Part shown: in pieces, positions 1-6,575 of the stretch | Layout: every line of letters begins with the position of its first letter | How positions within the stretch are numbered: the stretch's first letter is position 1 | DNA from: a virus | UHGV virus genome: UHGV-1376342 | Length of the DNA stretch: 37,941 bases | Reading direction: 5' to 3' (one strand) | Program-made: the position numbers and the translations under genes | The notes under the pieces: model-generated | The model's database searches: none | Told to the model about the DNA's origin: nothing | The model's input: the letters and a program-made list of their open reading frames with translations, nothing else

Positions 1-633
1 TTCCTCCTCTACGTAGATACCTGCAATATCAAAGCCTGCACGCAGAGCGTTAGCCTCAGCACACTTGGTAAGCATCACGATAGGCATCGTTCTCCAGTTG
101 CTCATTGGCTGCCCTTCGCGGTTAGTGCGTACAAACTCATCATAGTAGGCTGTGTAGCGTGTCACCTCGATTGGCGTGCTCGTGTTATCCCAGCGACCAA
201 ACACAGGCACCGTGACACTCAGGAGCTTATCACCGTCTTTCTTAACTTCTGCTGCACCTGTGTGAGTGTATACGCCACCTTTTCGTGCCAGCTTGCGCAG
301 GCCGTGGATACTCACGATTGGCATCAACTCCTCGCCTCGTCGGTTTGAGTCCCAGATATATGTAGCGTAAATCTCCTTTTTAAACGGGTTTAGGCCGTAT
401 TGGTTGGCAATAGCCATAAATACCCGTAAGTCACCAATTGGACGCATCTCGCCCGTCTTAGTGAGCCCTAGGACGCTTTTATGGAGGGTAGCGATCAAGC
501 TCAGCGTCTGCTTTTCATTCTCAGCGTTGCTGATCATTCCCTTAGCGAGTGGGACGACTGGCTCGTATTGGTTCTTCAGCGCAAGCTGCATAGCCCTCTT
601 CTCGTCACGTTTTGTAATTTCTTGTTGTGTCAT
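1..633 (-). CDS. RecT-like single-strand annealing protein (C-terminus truncated by window edge)
   Basis: Minus-strand ORF with ATG at 633-631 preceded by GAGAGGAG SD; translation MTQQEITKRDEKRAMQLALKN...GLNPFKKEIYA...IHGLRKLARKGG...W..MPIVMLTKCAEANALRAGF matches RecT family conserved blocks; no stop before position 1. Confidence 0.6.
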   Translation of the reverse strand, partial: MTQQEITKRDEKRAMQLALKNQYEPVVPLAKGMISNAENEKQTLSLIATLHKSVLGLTKTGEMRPIGDLRVFMAIANQYGLNPFKKEIYATYIWDSNRRGEELMPIVSIHGLRKLARKGGVYTHTGAAEVKKDGDKLLSVTVPVFGRWDNTSTPIEVTRYTAYYDEFVRTNREGQPMSNWRTMPIVMLTKCAEANALRAGFDIAGIYVEEE

Positions 634-663
634 GCAAATTCTCCTCTCTTTGCTTATGATTCT

Positions 664-692
664 ATTGTAGCTCATATGAAAAGCAAAAGCAA
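664..692 (-). promoter_or_regulatory. leftward sigma70-like promoter TTGCTT-17-TACAAT
   Basis: On minus strand: -35 TTGCTT (rc of 687-692), 17-nt spacer, -10 TACAAT (rc of 664-669); leader agaatcataagcaaagagaggag matches leader at 2459-2480. Confidence 0.45.
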
Positions 693-735
693 GAGGTTTT
701 TGGGAGACTCTCAAACCGGCCATTGCTAGGCTTAG

Positions 736-801
736 TATGCGCACGGGTGCGTAGGGGTATGCGCACGGGTGCGTAGGGGTATGCGCACGGGTGCGTAGGT
801 A
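736..801. repeat. three tandem 22-bp direct repeats TATGCGCACGGGTGCGTAGGGG (iteron/operator-like), each with dyad CGCAC-GG-GTGCG
   Basis: Directly visible: copies at 736-757, 758-779 and a slightly degenerate third at 780-801, followed by AT-rich tatatatata. Confidence 0.9.
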
Positions 802-902
802 TATATATAGACAACATAAATTAATAACATAACACTAACGCGCTCACTTCGTTCGCTTGTTGCGGCAAGCCGCGAACCAATAAAAAACACAACGAAAAAT
901 TC

Positions 903-931
903 TTGATTATGATTACTGTGTGTGCTATTAT
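903..931 (+). promoter_or_regulatory. rightward promoter TTGATT-17-TATTAT
   Basis: TTGATT 903-908, 17-nt spacer, TATTAT 926-931; 5'UTR hairpin GTGTCC-TCG-GGACAC at 1010-1024 upstream of ATG 1041. Confidence 0.45.
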
Positions 932-1040
932 TAGAAGTACAGGCGGGTTGTTCAAAGCAAACAAGCATTTACGAGGACAACCACCGATGCCCGCCTATGC
1001 TCGGTGGTCGTGTCCTCGGGACACGAAAGGAAATAGGAAC

Positions 1041-1409
1041 ATGAACCAAGAAAGGTACAAGCACGAAGTGCCAGCATATCATCTGATGATGCTTTATCTT
1101 GCAGCCTATAGTAGGGATATAGAGCGAGCACAGTATGCTTTTAGAGTATACAAGTATCTAGCGGAGAGACGTCGTGAACTTATCCCAGGCAAAGAAAAAG
1201 GTGTTATTTGTACATGGAAAGATGTAGCACGATCGTTGAAGCTAGACACAAAAAGCGCTTTTCATGCTTTCAAAACATTAAGAGATTTGCGTTGGGTTAC
1301 AAAAGAATATGTTGGAGGTAGCCCAGTGTACTATCGTGTCATATCACCAGATGAAACGTTAGATATGGCAATTTTTATATTTGGCGGGGGCATCAATAAA
1401 TGGAGTTAG
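1041..1409 (+). CDS. hypothetical protein (possible winged-HTH regulator), first gene of rightward block
   Basis: ORF-track frame 903-1409 trimmed to ATG 1041 because promoter lies at 903-931; weak SD gaaaggaaatagg. Confidence 0.4.
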   Translation: MNQERYKHEVPAYHLMMLYLAAYSRDIERAQYAFRVYKYLAERRRELIPGKEKGVICTWKDVARSLKLDTKSAFHAFKTLRDLRWVTKEYVGGSPVYYRVISPDETLDMAIFIFGGGINKWS

Positions 1410-2446
1410 GAGATAAAAACCACCAGGCAGGCTGGACAGGATATATAAATGCAGATGTACGATATGATAAGCGGCTGACTAATACAGCAAAGATAATCAT
1501 GGTCGAAATATCAGCCCTCACCAATATGAAGGGCTACGCGTGGTGCACTAATCAGTATCTCGCAGATGCATTTGACCTTTCAAGGTCGCAAGTATCACGT
1601 ATCATTAGGAGGTTGGCAGAGTGTGGCTACATCAATGTGTACCTTAACCCAGGCGGAGAGCGCTATATCACGATCACCAGTAACGACCGACCGGTACCTA
1701 GTGGTTTTAAAAAGGACTACACGAAAAAAGCAGAGCCAGAGAACGAGCAAGACGATGAACTACTTAAAGCGGCTACCACTGTCGAAGAGCTTTTGCCAGA
1801 AGCAAATCCAGTAGACACTAGCGAGACAGAATTGCGCGAGCTTACCACAGCAGAGCAATGCGCTCTGCAGACAAAGAATATTGAGGCCGACAACTACGAC
1901 CGACGCGGCAACGTTATTGACGAGAATCTGTACTATAAGCTCAAGCTAGAGGTTATTGCTGAATCAGACGCCACAACCGAAGCAGAGAAACAACCAGAGC
2001 AATCTCCCGCCAAACAAATCGAGGCTAATACGCAGCCTAATAACACCTCAACAGAGGTAGTGACAGTATCAAATAACGCGCCGGCACAACACAATAACCC
2101 ATATGGTTCACTCGCTACACCAATGACGAGTACGAGAAAGAATTACAATCCTGCCGAAAAAGCTTTTTATGACGCGGCAAAGGCTCTTGGGGTAAGTATT
2201 GCAAACCATAATCAGGCGCGTAGCTGGGTTAAAGAAGTAGTAAGAACTAGAGGAATTGAGTCAACGGTAAACTACTTTGATTTTATGCGGCTCGTCTTCC
2301 CCAAATGGGAGTATGAATATAAACCAAACATTGATTCCGCACATGACCTTGCGATGAAGGCAGCTAAGATTGAGCAACTTATTCAAAGGCAGCAACGCGA
2401 GAATGCTCGTAAAATTAACTACGACAACATTGACTTTTACGGCTAG
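1400..2446 (+). CDS. putative replication initiation / replisome organizer protein with N-terminal HTH
   Basis: 348 aa; N-terminal segment TNQYLADAFDLSRSQVSRIIRRLAECGYI resembles HTH of phage replication initiators/DnaD-like proteins; acidic Q-rich linker; adjacent to iterons. Confidence 0.45.
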   Translation: MELGDKNHQAGWTGYINADVRYDKRLTNTAKIIMVEISALTNMKGYAWCTNQYLADAFDLSRSQVSRIIRRLAECGYINVYLNPGGERYITITSNDRPVPSGFKKDYTKKAEPENEQDDELLKAATTVEELLPEANPVDTSETELRELTTAEQCALQTKNIEADNYDRRGNVIDENLYYKLKLEVIAESDATTEAEKQPEQSPAKQIEANTQPNNTSTEVVTVSNNAPAQHNNPYGSLATPMTSTRKNYNPAEKAFYDAAKALGVSIANHNQARSWVKEVVRTRGIESTVNYFDFMRLVFPKWEYEYKPNIDSAHDLAMKAAKIEQLIQRQQRENARKINYDNIDFYG

Positions 2447-2458
2447 CAGCCTTACAAT
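2430..2458 (+). promoter_or_regulatory. promoter TTGACT-17-TACAAT with conserved leader
   Basis: TTGACT 2430-2435, 17-nt spacer, TACAAT 2453-2458; followed by agaatcataagcaagagaggag and ATG 2491; near-identical (28/29) to rc of 641-669. Confidence 0.5.
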
Positions 2459-2490
2459 AGAATCATAAGCAAGAGAGGAGGAAATGCTTT

Positions 2491-2850
2491 ATGACAAAAT
2501 ATCAAATCACCACCTATGATGGAACGGTACATACCATTGAGGGCAATACCCAACAAGAGGTGAAACGTATGGTTGAGTTTTTCAACCTTATGCCAGTAAA
2601 GATGGCAGATGGCACAACTGAGATGTTTGCTAAGGGTGCTGTACAGCACATGAAAATGATCAAGGATGATAATGCGATCCCTCCAGAGCAACGCCTATCC
2701 ATGGGTGACCAGAAAAATAATCGCAGCACGGGCCCAGAAGCTGAAGCAGCTCGAGCCTGGCGAGAACACTGCGGTCACGACTTTAAGCTTATGGGCGACA
2801 AAGAAGCTCGTCAGCAGTTCATCGATAATTACATGAGGAGCGAGGCTTAA
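2491..2850 (+). CDS. hypothetical protein
   Basis: 119 aa ORF, strong SD gagaggagg 8 nt upstream. Confidence 0.6.
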   Translation: MTKYQITTYDGTVHTIEGNTQQEVKRMVEFFNLMPVKMADGTTEMFAKGAVQHMKMIKDDNAIPPEQRLSMGDQKNNRSTGPEAEAARAWREHCGHDFKLMGDKEARQQFIDNYMRSEA

Positions 2851-3008
2851 TGGATAACCTACCACCAGTAACGGGCATCACTAGTGGCGAGGTATCCCTA
2901 GACAACCCAGACGATAAAGACATATACGCAGAAACAAAAGTGCGACAGAAGCCACATACGCCAGATGAAGACCTTGAGTCTATAGGAGCACTAGAATATG
3001 AAGAATAG
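2850..3008 (+). CDS. small hypothetical protein (52 aa)
   Basis: ATG overlaps stop of previous gene (TAATG), SD aggagcgagg upstream; below ORF-track size cutoff. Confidence 0.3.
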   Translation: MDNLPPVTGITSGEVSLDNPDDKDIYAETKVRQKPHTPDEDLESIGALEYEE

Positions 3009-3282
3009 CCCTCTATCTCGCGCTGAGCAATGTCTTGGCGCGAGAGTTGTATCGTTAGCCATTCAAGCAAATCCAAGCTTACTTCGCACAATGTATTGTC
3101 ATAAAAAAGATCTAACCCTATACCTCTGGCAAGACAACAAATGGATACCAGTAGGCCCTCATCTAAACGTTGTAAAAAAGACTCGAAAAAGTCGTAAAAA
3201 AAGTATTGCAATCGTAAGCAACGGGGTGTATAGTAGAAACATAACCAAAGGAAAGGAAGGAACACAACAATGGACAACGTAA
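2998..3282 (+). CDS. basic small protein (94 aa)
   Basis: ORF with SD aggagcac 6 nt upstream; K/R-rich C-terminal half. Confidence 0.4.
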   Translation: MKNSPLSRAEQCLGARVVSLAIQANPSLLRTMYCHKKDLTLYLWQDNKWIPVGPHLNVVKKTRKSRKKSIAIVSNGVYSRNITKGKEGTQQWTT

Positions 3283-3422
3283 CATACAAGCTCGAGCAGA
3301 TGGAGAACGAAGGCATGATCGAGCAGATGCACCACGACTGGTACGCATTCCGCATCAAGAATAGCTGGGCACGCAACATGAAAGCTCTGTGGCAGCGCTG
3401 GTTGATGAGCACAGTAAAATAA
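3270..3422 (+). CDS. small hypothetical protein (50 aa)
   Basis: ATG 3270 preceded by aaaggaaggaac SD; MDNVTYKLEQMENEGMIEQMHHDWYAFRIKNSWARNMKALWQRWLMSTVK. Confidence 0.35.
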   Translation: MDNVTYKLEQMENEGMIEQMHHDWYAFRIKNSWARNMKALWQRWLMSTVK

Positions 3423-3472
3423 ACACACGAACACAATCAACAATAATGGTGGGCAGAAAGAGGAGAATAGCA

Positions 3473-3652
3473 ATGTTCACTACAGCAATCGAAGGGCTAC
3501 ACGAAACCTATGAGTATCGACAAGCTAGCGTATTACGAAAACTATGGATGGACTTTATCACTACAGTATTCCTATCTGTACTATTCCTTAGCTTGCTATA
3601 TTCGGTATATCTAGCTCTATCAGGGTTAGTGTATCTAGCAACGGGGGTTTAG
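3473..3652 (+). CDS. small membrane protein (59 aa)
   Basis: ATG 3473 with SD agaggagaa; C-terminal hydrophobic stretch FITTVFLSVLFLSLLYSVYLALSGLVYLA; track ORF 3389 trimmed. Confidence 0.45.
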   Translation: MFTTAIEGLHETYEYRQASVLRKLWMDFITTVFLSVLFLSLLYSVYLALSGLVYLATGV

Positions 3653-3653
3653 T

Positions 3654-3785
3654 ATGTTAGCAGACATTACAGACCAATATTTACAAAGCGATACAAAGGT
3701 AATTGAGGACATTATGGTTTACAACGCACGAGAACGAATTATTCAGTTGATTTTAGAAGAGAAGGAGAATACAGAGAGTGTATAG
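3654..3785 (+). CDS. small hypothetical protein (43 aa)
   Basis: ATG 3654 two nt after upstream stop; weak SD; acidic. Confidence 0.25.
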   Translation: MLADITDQYLQSDTKVIEDIMVYNARERIIQLILEEKENTESV

Positions 3786-4260
3786 AATCGTAGCAGCAAA
3801 AAGAAACGGCAAAACACAGACCTGGGAGCCAGTGACAAGTGTGTTTACAGATAACCCAATGCCGACAGCAGATATACACACAAAAAACGAAGCTATCAAA
3901 GAATTTAACATGTCTTTACGCGAAGCTAATGCAGACGATTATCTGCGAGTGCACGTATCAGAAAAGGATAAAGACGGCGTATGGCGTGACACTAGCGGCT
4001 TTGACACAGTTCGTTTCTTTAAGCAGGATGAGCGATCTATCGCATCAATAGACAAGAACGTGTTTAGCCACTCTCTAGATTTGTTATCTATCTCAATGCA
4101 AGTATACCAGATGATGGAACTTACCTACCTCAGTTCAGATACGAAAGAATGGCTCAGAGAGTTATCAACTAAGATCACGAACGTTTCAAACGAACTATGT
4201 CGTCTAAAAGAACAAATCAAAGAGGAGTACTATAATGATATACAAGACACAGAAAACTAA
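3778..4260 (+). CDS. hypothetical protein, member of small paralogous family (GTG start)
   Basis: 160 aa; GTG 3778 with SD gaaggag; N-terminal beta-alpha-beta segment YRIVAAKR...TKNEAIKEF...YLRVHVSE similar to 4917, 5416, 5585, 5783 products. Confidence 0.55.
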   Translation: MYRIVAAKRNGKTQTWEPVTSVFTDNPMPTADIHTKNEAIKEFNMSLREANADDYLRVHVSEKDKDGVWRDTSGFDTVRFFKQDERSIASIDKNVFSHSLDLLSISMQVYQMMELTYLSSDTKEWLRELSTKITNVSNELCRLKEQIKEEYYNDIQDTEN

Positions 4261-4546
4261 ACAAGACCTGCGAGAATCAGAAGAGGCACTACAGTTTGTC
4301 ATGGCAGGCATCAAGTGCCACCTCCCTAAGAACCCAGCGACTCAAGTTATCCTAGAGCGAATAGAGAAAGACATACGCCTATACGGAGACATTTGCAATA
4401 TCGAAGGACGCGTTACAGAGTTTCTAGAGGAGGTAGGCGAAAATAAACTCACCATGCTACAGCGTGACTTTGACAACGTAAAATCAGGCAAAATGAGCTG
4501 CAAAGAAATTGCAAACAAAATCCGAAAAGAGTATAATGAATGGTAG
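4235..4546 (+). CDS. hypothetical alpha-helical protein
   Basis: 103 aa, SD aaagaggag. Confidence 0.55.
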   Translation: MIYKTQKTKQDLRESEEALQFVMAGIKCHLPKNPATQVILERIEKDIRLYGDICNIEGRVTEFLEEVGENKLTMLQRDFDNVKSGKMSCKEIANKIRKEYNEW

Positions 4547-4774
4547 ATGGAGGTAACGCTTCCATAGCACATCTTGTAGCAGTGGTGTAGAATCTTTCTA
4601 ACTACAACCATAGTATCTGTGCCTGGTTCCTCCTTGTTACGTGGTTAGGCACAGACACACAATACCTTTCTTACCATGGAACGCTTATCATCTTTAGTTA
4701 CCCGGCAAGACCACGAGACAACCCTCAACAATAGCACGAAACGTGCTGTCTCGGTAACTGTGTTCCATGTAATA

Positions 4775-4800
4775 CCCCACCATCTCCTCGGTGGGGTTTA
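4775..4800 (+). terminator. rho-independent terminator CCCCACC-8nt-GGTGGGG-TTT
   Basis: 7-bp GC stem 4775-4781/4790-4796, loop atctcctc, U-tract; followed by TCTTGTTGTAAAT at 4812-4824. Confidence 0.6.
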
Positions 4801-4851
4801 ACTTTATCTAGTCTTGTTGTAAATTCTACTTAATAAAATAGCTAAAATCTA

Positions 4852-4880
4852 TTGCATCCCCCGCCCACTCGATGTACAAT
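4852..4880 (+). promoter_or_regulatory. promoter TTGCAT-17-TACAAT
   Basis: TTGCAT 4852-4857, 17-nt spacer, TACAAT 4875-4880; AT-rich UP-like region upstream; leader cataaggcaaagaggag then ATG 4917. Confidence 0.5.
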
Positions 4881-4916
4881 ACAAACATAAACATAAGGCA
4901 AAGAGGAGAAGCCATA

Positions 4917-5180
4917 ATGTCAATCTACACACACTACACCATTGAAGCCACCACACGGCTCGGAGAGGTATACGTATGGAATCCACTCATCAGCGAGTAC
5001 GAGTACCAAAACAACCAAGAGTCATCTGATATTAGCACAAAGGATGAAGCTCTCGACGAGTTTGGTTACGCAGTCGAAGCAGCAGACCAAGATGAGTTTA
5101 TGAAAGTAAGCCTACTCCGCGTCACAGAGCTTAGCAACGGCTCATCGGACGTATCAGTAGTTGAGTACAAGAATTTCTAG
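4917..5180 (+). CDS. acidic small protein, paralog family member
   Basis: ATG 4917 (track start 4872 lies inside promoter -10); 87 aa, strongly acidic; STKDEALDEFGYAVEAADQDEFMKVSLLRVTE parallels HTKNEAIKEFNMSLREANADDYLRVHVSE of 3778 product. Confidence 0.55.
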   Translation: MSIYTHYTIEATTRLGEVYVWNPLISEYEYQNNQESSDISTKDEALDEFGYAVEAADQDEFMKVSLLRVTELSNGSSDVSVVEYKNF

Positions 5181-5188
5181 GAGAGACA

Positions 5189-5413
5189 ATGCAGAACTGG
5201 AAAGTAAGAAAGAAACTCTACCAGGAGTCCTGGGAGCTGAAGGACATGAAGTACCGCATCCAACTCCTCCGAGAGTTTGTAGACGACAAATATTACATCG
5301 ATAACGCTACAGAGTACCTGGACAAAGCCCTCAGCAATATCGAGCTAGCAATGGATAGCAAGCAACTCAAGCGAGCATACGAACCACTAACCAAAAGAGA
5401 AAAGGAGAACTAG
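5189..5413 (+). CDS. hypothetical alpha-helical protein
   Basis: 74 aa, SD taggagaga. Confidence 0.5.
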   Translation: MQNWKVRKKLYQESWELKDMKYRIQLLREFVDDKYYIDNATEYLDKALSNIELAMDSKQLKRAYEPLTKREKEN

Positions 5414-5415
5414 CA

Positions 5416-5583
5416 ATGTATCTATACACAATCGAGTACAAGCGACTCAGCCGAAGCCAAAAGGAAGAATACAATACAGTAGCAGAAAACGCTCGTGTCG
5501 CACTCCGTAACCTCGAGCGTAATCGCTGCAAGCCATATAGCTACCGTATCATTAACGTAGAGCGTGTGGGGGAGGAGGACTAA
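5416..5583 (+). CDS. small protein (55 aa), paralog family member
   Basis: ATG 5416 with SD aaaaggagaac; MYLYTIEYKR...NARVALRNLE...YSYRIINVE pattern. Confidence 0.45.
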   Translation: MYLYTIEYKRLSRSQKEEYNTVAENARVALRNLERNRCKPYSYRIINVERVGEED

Positions 5584-5584
5584 A

Positions 5585-5764
5585 ATGAAACCATACATGA
5601 TCATCTACCGTAAGAAAGGTATAGCCGATACTCTATCTCGTATCGTAAAAGCAAACAATGAAGATGAGGCAATCTACCTGCTAAAACTAAAATTAGACCC
5701 AGACCAAAAGTATGAACTATCAGTAAAAGACATACGCCTCATGGATAAGGCACTCTCACGCTAG
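5585..5764 (+). CDS. small protein (59 aa), paralog family member
   Basis: ATG 5585 with SD ggggaggagg; MKPYMIIYRKKG...NNEDEAIYLLKL...YELSVKDIR pattern. Confidence 0.5.
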   Translation: MKPYMIIYRKKGIADTLSRIVKANNEDEAIYLLKLKLDPDQKYELSVKDIRLMDKALSR

Positions 5765-5782
5765 ATAAGGAGAGATAACCTA

Positions 5783-6031
5783 ATGTACCACTACTATCTA
5801 CTCTATAAGCGCAACCCTAGTGATAAATGGAGCATCTATACCACTGCAGCATCAGACAAGGGTACGGCTATCACTAATCTGCTAAAGGATAAAGAAACAG
5901 TATACGACTATAGAATAATCAGTCAAGAAGAGACAGAGAGTAACGATACCAACATAGCCCATAACCTATTTAAACTATTTGTATGGATCTTTACTATAGC
6001 TATGGTGCTATGGGTAGTACAACAGAGATAG
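5783..6031 (+). CDS. small protein with C-terminal TM helix, paralog family member
   Basis: 82 aa, SD taaggagaga; MYHYYLLYKRN...YDYRIISQEE plus hydrophobic tail LFVWIFTIAMVLWVV. Confidence 0.5.
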   Translation: MYHYYLLYKRNPSDKWSIYTTAASDKGTAITNLLKDKETVYDYRIISQEETESNDTNIAHNLFKLFVWIFTIAMVLWVVQQR

Positions 6032-6056
6032 ACACAAACACTACAAACACACACTA

Positions 6057-6088
6057 GGAGAGGTTTGCGAGGCCTCTCCTCTTGTTAT
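6057..6088 (+). terminator. rho-independent terminator GGAGAGG-9nt-CCTCTCC-TCTTGTTATT
   Basis: 7-bp stem 6057-6063/6073-6079 followed by U-rich tract. Confidence 0.5.
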
Positions 6089-6116
6089 TCATAAGGGAAA
6101 CGACTATAATGTTGGT

Positions 6117-6575
6117 ATGCCAAGAAAACCTTCCAAGCAAGCATCAGGGGTAAAGAAGGAGCCAACTCCACCACACCTCAGGAACCCTACCGGTAAGGGT
6201 GGGTTAGGTGATCATCCCGAACACAGATCTACTGGTCGCTGGTCAAAAGACACTAGCATCTCATACTGGTATAACAAGCTAGGACGCATGACGCTCAAGG
6301 AGCTAGAGGAGTTTGAGAAAAAAGGTGATGAGCTTACTCCATTCCAAAAGACGGCTCTCGTGCGTGTTAAACGTGCCTACAAGGGCGATTCAGAAGGCCT
6401 AGCCGAAGCTAAAGAAGTAGCAGACCGTACAGAAGGCAAAGCCAAGCAAGAGATTGGAATTGACGCTAGCGATGATATGAAAACTATCATGAGAGGATTT
6501 ATCATACCAACACTACCAACGGATTGGATCGATGAGCAAGTCGCATTGGCCCGTTCTAAACAAAGCAACGTATGA
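6117..6575 (+). CDS. putative terminase small subunit
   Basis: 152 aa, basic N-terminus, helical middle, immediately upstream of and overlapping TerL by 44 nt; assignment by position and composition only. Confidence 0.4.
   Translation: MPRKPSKQASGVKKEPTPPHLRNPTGKGGLGDHPEHRSTGRWSKDTSISYWYNKLGRMTLKELEEFEKKGDELTPFQKTALVRVKRAYKGDSEGLAEAKEVADRTEGKAKQEIGIDASDDMKTIMRGFIIPTLPTDWIDEQVALARSKQSNV

Noticed and set aside
404-729. Plus-strand ORFs 404-670 and 481-729
   Set aside because: They lie antisense within the RecT-like minus-strand gene and its promoter. Neither has a Shine-Dalgarno sequence, and both have low-complexity hydrophobic translations typical of shadow ORFs.
736-801. CRISPR array hypothesis for the tandem repeats
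   Set aside because: There are only three directly abutting copies with no unique spacers. Iteron or operator repeats are the better explanation.
732-968. Minus-strand ORF spanning the 22-bp tandem repeats
   Set aside because: Its translation is driven by the repeat array (repeated THSNH-like segments). It crosses both promoters of the control region, so it is an artefact.
4560-4775. tRNA gene in the structured intergenic region
   Set aside because: A GGTTC-like segment is present, but no acceptable cloverleaf (7-nt anticodon loop, D-arm, acceptor pairing) could be drawn. The region is retained only as a candidate ncRNA.
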